From assembly GCA_021818685.1 (NCBI GenBank), contig JAKATP010000003.1, positions 447 through 64,446 on the forward strand: a stretch of 64,000 bases of DNA, read 5' to 3'. The notes beneath the pieces were generated by a model. The model did not search any database. It worked only from the letters and a program-made list of their open reading frames with translations, and had not been told where the DNA came from. The translations under genes were made by a program, and so were the position numbers. Position 1 is the first letter of the stretch; each line of letters begins with the position of its first letter. This document shows, piece by piece, positions 43,857 to 53,425 of this stretch. The DNA is from Bacillota bacterium. GTDB taxonomy: Bacteria > Bacillota > Sulfobacillia > Sulfobacillales > JAIMBI01.

Positions 43857-44999
43857 TTATCGTCGCGGCCCGGCGTCTTCCCCCCGCACCGGCTCCGGCA
43901 TCAAAAGCGGGCTTTGCAGCACCAACCGCCGGCGCCAGGCACCCACCCCCGCGATCCAGGCGGCCACGATGATGCCGGCCACCGGTACGGCGAAGACCGC
44001 GCCCCAGATGCCAAGCAAGAGCGCCCCCGTCATGAGGGCCACCACGGACAGCACGGGATGAAGGCCCACCTGGCTCCGCATGATGCGCGGTACCAGGATC
44101 TGTGACTCCAGCACATGAACTGCCGTATAGAGCACCACCACTTCCAGCACCTGCACATACGGATGGTGACCGAACAGGGCCAGGAGGAAGGGAATGATGG
44201 CCGCCAGCACCGGTCCAAGCAGTGGGATGAGCTCCATGAGGCCGGCGAACACTCCGAGTGCGAACGGATAGGGTAGGCCGATGAACCAGGAGCCGAGACC
44301 AAAGCCGAGGCCCACCACCAGTGACAGCATCAGCTGACCCCGGAGGTAGCCGCGAATGACGCGGGTGACCGTGGTCTGGACGTCCAGCATGCTGGAGCGG
44401 TTACCGGTCGGCACGAGGCGCAGGATGGCTGCCTGGATGCGGTGGGTGTCGAGCAGTAGATAGACCGTGATAAAAATTGTGATGACAGCGTCGCCCAGGG
44501 CCGAAACGAGCCCGAGCAGAAAATGCAGAGACTGCGTCAGGACCACCCGCGACACGGTTCCCACGTTGGATACGAGCCGCCCCTCCAGCGAACTGACCTG
44601 GGCGCTTACGCCCAGCTGTTTCGCCAGGACAAGCAGGTGGCTGGCCGAGTTGGCCACCTGGGTAAGCTCGTGCGGCAGGTTGGCGGCCAACCCCGCCAGC
44701 TGTCCGATGAGCACGGTGATGACGAGGACGCCGCCGCCCAGAAACAGGGCCGTCGCCGCGGTCACGACGATGAGCACAGCCCACGGGCGGCCCATGTACC
44801 GGTTCAGCACCTTCACAGAAGGTGACAGAAACATGCTGAACATCGTTGATAGGATGAGGACCAGAACGACGTCGCCAACGCGGGAGAGGACGGACCAGAT
44901 AGCGACCACGATGACGCCCGCGCCAAGCAACACCAGCACGACGTCGCGCGCAAACGCGACCTTTTCGCGAAAACTACGTGGCGGCTGCACGCCGGGCAT
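43857..44999 (-). CDS. AI-2E family transporter (PerM/YhhT-like)
   Basis: Polytopic. GLMELIPLLGPVLAAIIP..VLESQILVPRIMRSQVGLHPV. ATG 44999 is preceded by GGGAGGG with a 5-nt spacer. Confidence 0.85.
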   Translation of the reverse strand: MPGVQPPRSFREKVAFARDVVLVLLGAGVIVVAIWSVLSRVGDVVLVLILSTMFSMFLSPSVKVLNRYMGRPWAVLIVVTAATALFLGGGVLVITVLIGQLAGLAANLPHELTQVANSASHLLVLAKQLGVSAQVSSLEGRLVSNVGTVSRVVLTQSLHFLLGLVSALGDAVITIFITVYLLLDTHRIQAAILRLVPTGNRSSMLDVQTTVTRVIRGYLRGQLMLSLVVGLGFGLGSWFIGLPYPFALGVFAGLMELIPLLGPVLAAIIPFLLALFGHHPYVQVLEVVVLYTAVHVLESQILVPRIMRSQVGLHPVLSVVALMTGALLLGIWGAVFAVPVAGIIVAAWIAGVGAWRRRLVLQSPLLMPEPVRGEDAGPRR

Positions 45000-45155
45000 T
45001 GGTGCCCTCCCGTCTTGAAGCTTAACAGTCTTTGGCAAGGAGGGGCACGGATGCGGGAATCCAGCCGTCACGGCGCAGCGCCCGTTCGGATCGGCTGCCT
45101 GACGCGCGGCCGGGCCGTGTACAGACGCCCCCCGCGTCGGCGGAGCCTTGCCGGT

Positions 45156-46208
45156 TCAGAGCTTTCGTTCGCGCTCCGCTCGCCGCAGAGCCAGCCGGAC
45201 GAGGCGGTCGACCAGGGCGGAGAACTCGATGCCCGCGGCCCGGGCCGATCGGGGCAGAAGCGAGTTTGGGGTCATGCCGGGAATGGTATTGATTTCGAGC
45301 ACCACCGGTCCACGCTCGGTCCAGATCATGTCGGTGCGGGAGAACCCCGCGCAGCCGAACGCCCGATGCGCCGTGAGGGCCGCCTTCTGGCAGGCGTCCT
45401 TCACCTCGTCGGCAATACGCGCCGGAACAATCTCGTCGGCCCCGCCGCTTTCGTATTTGGAGGCGAAGTCGAAGAACGCGCCGCGGTGCGGAACGATCTC
45501 AATGACGGGGAGGGCCTCCGGTACCCCCTCTTCATTTTCGAGGACCGGGCAAGTGAGTTCGGTCCCCTCCACTTTCTCCTCCACCAGCAGATAAGCGTCT
45601 TGCCGCGCCGCCTCCCTGAGGGCGGCCTGCAATTGGTCGCGCGTCTCCACGAGACTCACACCGAGACTTGAGCCCCCCTGATTGGGTTTCACCACCGCCG
45701 GGATCCCCACGGCCGCGAGGAGCCCGGAAACGGTGCCCGGCAGGTCGGCTCGCACCTCTTCGACTGTCACCCCCCGCCCCTCCGGGACCAGAAGCCCGTT
45801 TAAACGGAGTATGTCCTTGGCCTTATCTTTGTGCATGGCCAGCGCCGAGGCCAGGGGGCCGCTTCCGGTATAGGGGATCCCGAGCGTTTCCAGCATGCCC
45901 TGCAAGGTACCGTCTTCCCCGAACTTTCCGTGAAACGCCAGGAACACGCAGTCCGCCCGACCGAGCTCCTGCATCCCGGCGAGCGTTTCGGAAGGGTGCG
46001 CAGGTACCATCGCGCCCTCCACCGGGTGCGGTTCCAGCGCGGCCAGCTCTTCGGGGGCCTTCAACACCCACCGTCCGTCACGCCCGATGACGATCACGGC
46101 GACGTCGTATCGATCTCGGGGCAGCGCAGCCGCCACCATGCGCCCTGATGCGAGCGAGACTTCATGCTCCGACGACGGTCCGCCCATCATCACGATGACC
46201 CGCGGCAT
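45156..46208 (-). CDS. ddl: D-alanine--D-alanine ligase
   Basis: MPRVIVMMGGPSSEHEVSLASG..AFHGKFGEDGTLQGMLE..EINTIPGMT. The ORF-track N-terminal extension to 46388 is Arg-rich and I reject it. Confidence 0.93.
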   Translation of the reverse strand: MPRVIVMMGGPSSEHEVSLASGRMVAAALPRDRYDVAVIVIGRDGRWVLKAPEELAALEPHPVEGAMVPAHPSETLAGMQELGRADCVFLAFHGKFGEDGTLQGMLETLGIPYTGSGPLASALAMHKDKAKDILRLNGLLVPEGRGVTVEEVRADLPGTVSGLLAAVGIPAVVKPNQGGSSLGVSLVETRDQLQAALREAARQDAYLLVEEKVEGTELTCPVLENEEGVPEALPVIEIVPHRGAFFDFASKYESGGADEIVPARIADEVKDACQKAALTAHRAFGCAGFSRTDMIWTERGPVVLEINTIPGMTPNSLLPRSARAAGIEFSALVDRLVRLALRRAERERKL

Positions 46209-46225
46209 GAATCTATCACTCCTTC

Positions 46226-46417
46226 TCACTTGCCCGGCGTCCCTTCGTATGAACCCGCGACCACAACCAAAAGGGCAATGCCGAGGACGAACGCCAGGGC
46301 CCCCAGCAACAGATGATGGCGGATTTCGAGCGTTCCTCCGGACATGATAGCGACTAGGCCGAGACACGCGAAACCCACGCGGATGCATAAGCTCCTTGTC
46401 TCTTTCACTACATTCAC
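46226..46417 (-). CDS. Possible small two-TM membrane protein
   Basis: 63-aa ORF ending 17 nt before the ddl ATG, with two hydrophobic segments (VGFACLGLVAIMSGG, LLLGALAFVLGIALLVVVAG). No clear RBS. Confidence 0.3.
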   Translation of the reverse strand: MNVVKETRSLCIRVGFACLGLVAIMSGGTLEIRHHLLLGALAFVLGIALLVVVAGSYEGTPGK

Positions 46418-46518
46418 CCGCCCGCGCGCCCGAGGGATTCAGACTCGGAACACAGGGTATGCGGCCGGTCTGTAAGCGCTCGCACGCGTTAGGCTTCCCG
46501 GTTGTGTCCTATCGGACC

Positions 46519-46561
46519 ACAAACAAAGACTGGCCCCCATCCCTCGTAAGGTGGGGGCCAG
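46519..46561 (-). terminator. Intrinsic terminator after rplA
   Basis: Minus-strand CUGGCCCCCA-loop-UGGGGGCCAG (10-bp stem) followed by UCUUUGUUUGU, 22 nt after the rplA stop. Confidence 0.75.
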
Positions 46562-46583
46562 TCCGGTGACAGGGCCGGCGGCG

Positions 46584-47294
46584 TCACGCGGACGCGGACA
46601 GGCGCTCCATGCCCGCGGGGTTCACCTTGATGCCGGGGCCCATCGTTGTCGAGAGCGCAATGGTGCGAACATACTGTCCCTTCGCCCCAGCGGGCTTGGC
46701 TCGCACGATGGCGTCGATGAACGCGCGCACGTTTTCCAAGAGCGCCTCATCCTCGAAGCTCACCTTGCCCATCGGTCCATGCACGATCCCAGCCTGGTCG
46801 CAGCGGAACTCCACCTTACCCGCCTTGATCTCCTGGACGGCATGGGCCACATCAAAGGTTACGGTGCCGGTTTTGGGGTTCGGCATCAGTCCGCGCGGAC
46901 CGAGGATGCGCCCGAGCTGACCCACGGCACCCATCATATCCGGGGTGGCGACCGCTGAATCAAAGTCGAGCCAGCCTTCACGGACGCGGGCCACCAGGTC
47001 TTCAGCGCCCACCACGTCGGCCCCCGCCTGCTCCGCCTCTTTCGCCTTATCGCCCTTGGCGAAGACGACGACCCGCGCCATCCGGCCCGTGCCGTGCGGC
47101 AGGACCACCGCCCCACGCACGACCTGATCGGCATGACGGGGGTCGACTCCGAGGCGAATGGCCACCTCGACGGTCTCGTCAAACTTGGCCCGCGCGAGCT
47201 TTCGGGTCAGGGACACGGCCTCTTCGAGGCTATACAGCCGGTCCCGATCGTAAAGTTCCGCGACTTCCCGCTGGTGCTTGGTCTGCTTCGGCAT
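46584..47294 (-). CDS. rplA: 50S ribosomal protein L1
   Basis: [30 protein letters not shown] 47294 is preceded by AGGAGGG with a 6-nt spacer. Confidence 0.96.
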   Translation of the reverse strand: MPKQTKHQREVAELYDRDRLYSLEEAVSLTRKLARAKFDETVEVAIRLGVDPRHADQVVRGAVVLPHGTGRMARVVVFAKGDKAKEAEQAGADVVGAEDLVARVREGWLDFDSAVATPDMMGAVGQLGRILGPRGLMPNPKTGTVTFDVAHAVQEIKAGKVEFRCDQAGIVHGPMGKVSFEDEALLENVRAFIDAIVRAKPAGAKGQYVRTIALSTTMGPGIKVNPAGMERLSASA

Positions 47295-47344
47295 TTTCTT
47301 CCCTCCTGTGGTCAAACGGCGCGAGAGCCTCCCACCAACGTCTG

Positions 47345-47770
47345 TCAGTCGACGATCTCGACGCCCATGCTCCTGGCAGTCCCGGCGATCATTTGCATGG
47401 CGGCCTCCAGGTTATCGGTGTTGAGATCCGGCAGCTTCGTCTCCGCAATCTCGCGCAGCCGCGCCCGGGTCAACTGCCCAACCTTCTTCGTGTTGGGCGT
47501 GTTGGAGCCGCTTTCGATATTGAGCGCCTTCTTGATCAGGACCGCAGCCGGCGGGGTCTTGGTCACAAACGTGAACGACCGGTCCTCGAAGACGGAGATC
47601 TCGACTGGGATCACGAGACCCGTCTGGCTCGCGGTGCGCTCGTTGTACTCCTTGACAAACGCCATGATGTTCACGCCGTGCTGGCCGAGCGCGGGGCCAA
47701 CGGGCGGGGCCGGGGTGGCCTTACCCGCCTGGATCTGCAGTTTAATGACGGCCACGACTTTCTTGGCCAT
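47345..47770 (-). CDS. rplK: 50S ribosomal protein L11
   Basis: 141 aa. [35 protein letters not shown]. Confidence 0.97.
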   Translation of the reverse strand: MAKKVVAVIKLQIQAGKATPAPPVGPALGQHGVNIMAFVKEYNERTASQTGLVIPVEISVFEDRSFTFVTKTPPAAVLIKKALNIESGSNTPNTKKVGQLTRARLREIAETKLPDLNTDNLEAAMQMIAGTARSMGVEIVD

Positions 47771-47815
47771 GCGTTCTACGTTCCTCCCACTCCGCTGCCG
47801 CCTGCTCGCGCCGAC

Positions 47816-48349
47816 CTAATGCAGCTCTTGAATCTGACCGAAATCCAATTCCAATGGTGTGTCGCGTCCGAACATGGAAACGACCACCCGCACCTTGCCG
47901 CGGTCCGGATGGACTTCCTCCACGACGCCGGTGAATCCCTCGAAAGGCCCGTCCCGAACTTCTACGGACTGGCCCACCTCTACCCGGATCTTCGGCACCT
48001 GCACCTCGCGTTTGACCTGGCCGAGGATGATCTTCATTTCCTCCTCCAGGAGCGGGATGGGGCGGGAACCGGAACCGACGAAGCCGGTCACACCCGGAGT
48101 GTTGCGCACCACGTACCAGGAGTCGTCGGTCATGATCATCTGCACGAGGACGTAACCGGGGAAGGTCTTCTTTTTCACGAGACGCTTCTTGCCGTCCTTG
48201 ACCTCGAGCTCCTCTTCCATGGGAACTTCGACCTTAAAGATCTTGTCCTCCATGTTCATAGACTCCACACGCTTTTCCAGGTTGGCCTTCACCTTGTTCT
48301 CGTACCCGGAGTACGTATGGATGACGTACCATTCCTTTTCCGTCTCCAA
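47816..48349 (-). CDS. nusG: Transcription termination/antitermination factor NusG
   Basis: KEWYVIHTYSGYENKV and a KOW region (GQSVEVRDGPFEGFTGVVEEV). The start is uncertain: TTG 48349 gives 177 aa, and the ORF stays open to TTG 48394. Confidence 0.92.
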   Translation of the reverse strand: METEKEWYVIHTYSGYENKVKANLEKRVESMNMEDKIFKVEVPMEEELEVKDGKKRLVKKKTFPGYVLVQMIMTDDSWYVVRNTPGVTGFVGSGSRPIPLLEEEMKIILGQVKREVQVPKIRVEVGQSVEVRDGPFEGFTGVVEEVHPDRGKVRVVVSMFGRDTPLELDFGQIQELH

Positions 48350-48410
48350 GGTTAGGTGCCGCCTCCCCAACAAAAATACGCCGGAGCCACCCAATCCGAC
48401 GTGTGAAACC

Positions 48411-48641
48411 CTAGGGCACGATCTTGCCGATGGCGAATCCGAAAATCAGGTCCAAAACCACCGTCAACAACGAGACCACGATGACCGCCAGGATAACAAA
48501 ACCGGTATACCCTAACGCTTGGCGCGGCGTAGGCCACACCACCCGCTTCAGCTCCAGCGTCACGTCGCGCGCCAGCTGCTGAGGGCCGGACGGCTCCGTG
48601 GGCCGCGTTGATCTCCCTTTCGGTCCCATCTTCATCCCCAT
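48411..48641 (-). CDS. secE: Preprotein translocase subunit SecE
   Basis: 76 aa. ELKRVVWPTPRQALGYTGFVILAVIVVSLL. Confidence 0.9.
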   Translation of the reverse strand: MGMKMGPKGRSTRPTEPSGPQQLARDVTLELKRVVWPTPRQALGYTGFVILAVIVVSLLTVVLDLIFGFAIGKIVP

Positions 48642-48682
48642 TAACAGGTCGCCCGCTTTCCGGGAGATGAGCCGTTCAGGCG

Positions 48683-48832
48683 TCAGCGCGTTTCACGATG
48701 GACCGTGTGCGTGCGGCACCACCGGCAGTACTTCCGGCGCTCGAGGCGGTTCGGGTCGTTCTTCTTGTTCTTGCTGGTGGTGTAATTGCGTCGCCGACAC
48801 TCCGTGCAGGCGAGCGTAATAACCGTGCGCAC
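48683..48832 (-). CDS. rpmG: 50S ribosomal protein L33 (zinc form), not in the ORF track
   Basis: Hand translation from GTG 48832: [59 protein letters not shown] lies 7 nt upstream. Confidence 0.9.
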   Translation of the reverse strand: MRTVITLACTECRRRNYTTSKNKKNDPNRLERRKYCRWCRTHTVHRETR

Positions 48833-48860
48833 GACGCCATCCTCCCATCGATGCTGAACG

Positions 48861-48890
48861 ATAGTAGCACCCGCGCCAGGTAAGTGTCAA
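48861..48890 (-). promoter_or_regulatory. Sigma-A-type promoter for rpmG-secE-nusG-rplKA
   Basis: Minus strand TTGACA (48890-48885), 18-nt spacer, TGC-TACTAT extended -10 (48866-48861). Lies about 30 nt upstream of the rpmG start. Confidence 0.6.
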
Positions 48891-49034
48891 TTTGGCGGCA
48901 GGCGGAGGGCGACATCTCGACGCGGGACTTCTGTAGCACGAAGAGGGGCTGATTGGATCCGCTGCCGGGACCATCCGACCCCTGCTCTTCATAATTCAAC
49001 ATGTGTATAAATTAGGAAAGCTGGAGGTGAGGCC

Positions 49035-50144
49035 GTGGGAGCCATGATCGTAAAGGAATTCCTGGAGCTGAGACGCGACCGCCGCACGCTCGCCATGCTG
49101 GTCCTGCTCCCCATCATGCTGCTTATCGTGTTCGGCTACGCGGCACGATTTGACGTGAACAGCATCCCGACGCTTGCCGCAGGTCCCCGGGCCACGACTG
49201 TTGCCGCCACCCTCAAATCTCCGTTCACGGTAAAGGCAGTGGTACCGTCAGACGGGCCATCCCAGATCAAGGCCGCTATTAGGAATGGAACCTATGACGT
49301 GGCGGTGTACGCCACCAGAGCCGGCACCCGCTTTTACATCAACGGCGCCGATCTCTTTGTTGCCCAGACCGCAGCGGCGTCGCTCGGACGGGTGAGCACT
49401 CCACTGGCGTCCCTCAAGAAGTTCCTCGGCACATTGCCGCCGGCCGTGCGCCCTCGGCTGCCGGCCGCCCCCACGGTCGACGTGCTGTACAACCCGGGGC
49501 TCAAGACCGCCGTGGTGATGGTCCCGGCCATCGCCGGTATCATTCTGGTCTTTATCGGCACCCTCATCGCCAGCCTGGGCGTCGTCCGCGAGCGGCAGGC
49601 CGGCACTCTCGCGCAGCTGGCGGTCATGCCGCTCTCGCCGTGGGATGTGCTGGTCGGGAAGATCGCACCATACTTTCTGGTGGCGACCGTGGACATGGGC
49701 ATTGTGCTCGGCCTCGGTATGTGGCTCTTTGCCGTGCCCATGCGCGGATCGTGGGCAGGACTCATCGTGGGCTCACTGCTCTTCCTCTTCGTCACCCTCA
49801 GCATCGGCGTCCTCATCTCCAGCGTCTCCCAGAACCAGGGGCAGGCTATGCAGCTTTCGATGATGACCACGCTACCGCAGGTCCTCCTCTCCGGCTTCAT
49901 CTTCCCGGTGGCGTCGATGGCCCCGGGCGTGCGATGGATCTCCAACATTCTGCCCCTCACCTACTTCGCCGAGATCAGCCGGGGAATCATGCTGCAGGGA
50001 ACACCGGTGGACCACCTCCTGCGCCCGTTTCTGTCACTGGCGGGGCTCGGCACCATCACCGTCACCCTGGCCATCCTGCGCTTTCACGCTCTGTTGCATC
50101 CGGTCCGTTCCCGGCGCCGGCCGGCCAGGGCGGGAACGTCATGA
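49035..50144 (+). CDS. ABC-2 type transporter permease
   Basis: 369 aa. MIVKEFLELRRDRRTLAMLVLLPIMLLIVFGYA, a large extracytoplasmic loop, then 5 C-terminal TM helices. RBS GGAGGTGAG. Confidence 0.85.
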   Translation: MGAMIVKEFLELRRDRRTLAMLVLLPIMLLIVFGYAARFDVNSIPTLAAGPRATTVAATLKSPFTVKAVVPSDGPSQIKAAIRNGTYDVAVYATRAGTRFYINGADLFVAQTAAASLGRVSTPLASLKKFLGTLPPAVRPRLPAAPTVDVLYNPGLKTAVVMVPAIAGIILVFIGTLIASLGVVRERQAGTLAQLAVMPLSPWDVLVGKIAPYFLVATVDMGIVLGLGMWLFAVPMRGSWAGLIVGSLLFLFVTLSIGVLISSVSQNQGQAMQLSMMTTLPQVLLSGFIFPVASMAPGVRWISNILPLTYFAEISRGIMLQGTPVDHLLRPFLSLAGLGTITVTLAILRFHALLHPVRSRRRPARAGTS

Positions 50145-50980
50145 TGTGGGCACTCAGGGACGTCTCGGTGTACTTCGGCCCGCGCGCCGCACTGCAAGGC
50201 GTCAACTTAGAGGTCAAGTCCGGGTCGATCGTAGCCGTGGTGGGCGGCGACGGGGCTGGCAAGAGCACCCTATTGGGTCTCTTGGCCGGGACCGTCGGGA
50301 CCTCCTCCGGACACCTGGAACGTCCGCCTCTGGCTCGCCTCGGATATCTCCCGACGAGCTCCGGGGTGTATCTCGACCTATCGGTGGCCGAAAACCTGGC
50401 CTTCGTCGCGCGGGCGCACCGTCTGGCGCGGACCCGGACCCTCGAGCGAACGCACGCGCTCCTTGAGCGCGCAGGTCTGGCCGGATTTGAAAACCGCCTG
50501 GCGGGCGAACTCTCCGGGGGCATGCGGCAGAAGCTCGGACTGATCCGGGTCCTCCTCCCAGAACCCGACCTGCTGGTACTGGATGAACCCACCACCGGCA
50601 TCGACCCCGTCAGCCGGAGGGCACTCTGGGCCATCGTGGCGCGCGCCGCCGCAGATGGAGCGGCGGTCGTGGTGTCGACATCCTACCTCGACGAGGCGGA
50701 GCGCGCTGCGCACATTCTGGTCCTGGACCGGGGCCGGCCCTTGGCGGAAGGAACCCGTGAGGATATCTTGCGCCGCACTCCTGGCATACTTACCGCCGCC
50801 AACGCACCGCCCGTAGGGGAGACCGGGGTACGTTTCTGGCGCCGGGGAACCCGCTGGCGGATCTGGTGGCCCCATGGGGTGGCGGCGGCGGATGGCGCGG
50901 GGGAGCTGGTTGTCCCCGATCTGCAGGACGCCGTCACCATTGCCGCCCTACAACACGAGGCGGAGGAGGTGAGCCTATGA
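50141..50980 (+). CDS. ABC transporter ATP-binding protein (canonical motifs)
   Basis: The ATG overlaps the permease stop (ATGA). Walker A GGDGAGKST, signature LSGGMRQK, Walker B LLVLDEPT. Confidence 0.9.
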   Translation: MMWALRDVSVYFGPRAALQGVNLEVKSGSIVAVVGGDGAGKSTLLGLLAGTVGTSSGHLERPPLARLGYLPTSSGVYLDLSVAENLAFVARAHRLARTRTLERTHALLERAGLAGFENRLAGELSGGMRQKLGLIRVLLPEPDLLVLDEPTTGIDPVSRRALWAIVARAAADGAAVVVSTSYLDEAERAAHILVLDRGRPLAEGTREDILRRTPGILTAANAPPVGETGVRFWRRGTRWRIWWPHGVAAADGAGELVVPDLQDAVTIAALQHEAEEVSL

Positions 50981-51849
50981 ACCCGGTCGTCGCCCAGACC
51001 AAGCACCTCACCGTCCGCTACGCGGCACAGCGGGCGGTGGACGACGTGAGCCTCGAGGTTCATCAGGGCGAGGTGCTGGGTCTTCTGGGCGCCAACGGTG
51101 CCGGCAAGACCACGCTGTTGAAGACGCTCCTCGGCCTCGTACCCCAAGACACGGGAGACACCCTCCTCTTTGGTGCCCCGCCGACCCGGCAAAGTCGTCG
51201 GCGGGTTGGCTATGTCCCTCAGGGACTGGGTCTGTATGAGGATCTGAGCGCCGCGGAAAACCTGCGCTTTTCGGCCGCCGTGTATGGGCGTCGCCCGGCG
51301 GCCCGGGCCGACTTGATGAACGACCCAGCCCCCGTTCGGGCACTACCCCTCGGAACCCAGCGCCGTGTCGCGTTTGCCGCCGCGCTCCAGCATGAGCCAG
51401 ATCTCTTGCTGCTAGACGAGCCGACCTCCGGCGTCGATCCGCTTGAGCGCGCCCGTCTCTGGGACACCATCCGCGCGGCCGCCAGCCGCGGCGCCGGCGT
51501 GATAGTGACGACACACCACATGGACGAGGCAGAACAGTGCGACCGCCTGATCATCATGGCCGAAGGCCGCGTGATTGCTGACGGCACCCTCGCGGATGTG
51601 ATCGGCAGCCATGAGGTGGTTATCATTGAGACCCCCGATTGGGCCAGGGCGCTGCGACGATTGGAGGCACACGGCCTGGACCCGTCTCTTGTGGGACGGA
51701 CGCTTCGCCTAGGCGAGGTGCCCGAGGCCGTGCTTGCCCGTGCGCTGGACGGCGTGCCCCACCGGTTGACGCAGGTGCCGGCTTCCCTCGAGGAACGCTT
51801 TGTGAGCCTGGTTCGCGCCGGGGCCCCCCGCAGTGGAGAGGGATTCTAG
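50977..51849 (+). CDS. ABC transporter ATP-binding protein (degenerate signature motif)
   Basis: ATGA overlap with the previous gene. Walker A GANGAGKTT and Walker B LLLLDEPTSG. PLGTQRRV sits where LSGGQ is expected. Confidence 0.88.
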   Translation: MNPVVAQTKHLTVRYAAQRAVDDVSLEVHQGEVLGLLGANGAGKTTLLKTLLGLVPQDTGDTLLFGAPPTRQSRRRVGYVPQGLGLYEDLSAAENLRFSAAVYGRRPAARADLMNDPAPVRALPLGTQRRVAFAAALQHEPDLLLLDEPTSGVDPLERARLWDTIRAAASRGAGVIVTTHHMDEAEQCDRLIIMAEGRVIADGTLADVIGSHEVVIIETPDWARALRRLEAHGLDPSLVGRTLRLGEVPEAVLARALDGVPHRLTQVPASLEERFVSLVRAGAPRSGEGF

Positions 51850-52484
51850 TGCCGCGCGGCAGACGACGCGGATCGCCGCCCACCCGCCAGACCATTTTAG
51901 CGGCGGCGTTGGGCCGCTTCACCAATGAGGGATATGACCGCGCCAGCCTGCGTGACATCGCGACCGATGCCGGCGTCGATCCCTCCCTCATCATTCACTA
52001 CTTTTCCAATAAGGAAACCCTGTTCGCCGAAGCGCTGCACCTGCCCCGCATATCCGAGGCTCTTCATCGCACGCTCGAAGCGGCCGGACCGGGGTCCGAA
52101 GAGGAGCTTGGCGCCCACATTGCGCAAGCACTGGTCGGACTCTTAGAAGTCAGCACCCTGGCGCCAGCAGTGACGGCCCTGATTCGGTCGGCCGCCAGCA
52201 ACGAAGATGTCTCGCGAATACTGCGGGAGTTTCTGACCCGGACGATTCTCCGGCGGATCACGGCCAGCCTTACGGCGCCGGACCCCGCCTTTAGGGCGGC
52301 GCTGGTGGCGAGTCAGGTCCTCGGTGTCATGATGGCGCGGTTCGTCCTCCGCCTGGAGCCGTTGGCCAGCGCGGACCCGGGCCTCCTTGCCCGAGTAATC
52401 GCTCCAAACCTCCAGCACTATCTCACCGGAGACCTGGGAGGATACAACCACCCGGAGCGCCAATCTGCCCCCCCATGGTCGTGA
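51849..52484 (+). CDS. TetR/AcrR family transcriptional regulator
   Basis: GTG start overlaps the previous TAG (TAGTG). HTH region ILAAALGRFTNEGYDRASLRDIATDAGVDPSLIIHYFSNKETLF. Confidence 0.88.
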   Translation: MPRGRRRGSPPTRQTILAAALGRFTNEGYDRASLRDIATDAGVDPSLIIHYFSNKETLFAEALHLPRISEALHRTLEAAGPGSEEELGAHIAQALVGLLEVSTLAPAVTALIRSAASNEDVSRILREFLTRTILRRITASLTAPDPAFRAALVASQVLGVMMARFVLRLEPLASADPGLLARVIAPNLQHYLTGDLGGYNHPERQSAPPWS

Positions 52485-53425
52485 GCCGCGCTCGCGGTCG
52501 ACCGCTCCCGAGCCCTCGGCTGTGGGAGGTCCACGCGTACGCGATAGAGAGTCTCCGGTAACTAAGTGACGCGACCGCGCTTTCCCCCCGACGCAAGACA
52601 AATGACGAACATGACGGATGGTGGTTACCGTCGACACGCGCAAGGGACCTGACTGGCCGGAGAGGGGGTGGCGACCGGGGCGGCCGGTTAATGCCGTTCA
52701 GGCCGCGTACACCGCTGATGCCGTCGGCATAAGACGTGGCCCAGGACACCTTTGCCAAAGTGTCCAACCGGGTGGCGAGACACCTGAACGGCGCCGGCCC
52801 ATCCCGGCCTCCCCTTCGGCACCGCGGGCAATCTGGCCCGAGACCGGTGGCGCCGACAGGAACGCGCCTGCCACGCTCCTAATCGTCGGGGGAAGACGGC
52901 CGTGCAGGTTCGGCATCTTCTCCACCGCCTGACCACTGCTATGACCTTATCCGGCGGCCACGCAGATACGCCGTCTCGCATCGCACCATTCAGGGCTGGC
53001 AGCTGAGCGTAGACGTGGACCGCTTCCCGGGCTTTTCCAACCGGACAGCGCTCGCCTCCGCTCGCCGCCGGTTACACGCTCCATGGCGCATTGGTGGCGC
53101 TCGAGGCGAGGCCGGCGAAAAACCCGTCCCGAAGGCCGCGCGGGAAAGTGGGCGGTATCCGTATCCTAGGTGACCGCAGTGGGACTGTATGTCTGCCGTT
53201 ATGAGACCATCTCCGGGTGGCGTGGGAACATGGCCGGCTAACGTCGTATGTCTTACTGTGGGTGACAGCGAGACTCTCCTACCGCTCTGGCCTCCGGCAC
53301 CATTTCACGGTCACCGAAACCTGGACTGGGAGTCGCGACGGCACCTTCCCGACGACCGCGAAAGGCGGACACGCCCCCACAGCCCGTGTTTCCCGTCCTG
53401 AGGGCGCGGTCCCTCCCGTCCGTTG

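Noticed and set aside
46209-46388. 60-codon N-terminal extension of the ddl ORF
   Set aside because: It is Arg-rich and non-homologous. The canonical Ddl N-terminus MPRVIVMMGGPSSEHEVS starts at ATG 46208, with AAGGAG upstream.
49640-50140. Upstream 167 codons of the 446-aa ORF 49640..50980
   Set aside because: This part overlaps the ABC-2 permease in another frame. The ATPase clearly starts at ATG 50141 (MMWALRDVSVYF...), which overlaps the permease stop.
52901-52930. tRNA/tmRNA-like T-loop (GTGCAGGTTCGGCATC...CCACCGCC)
   Set aside because: No acceptor stem or D and anticodon arms can be drawn. The resemblance is limited to GGTTCG.
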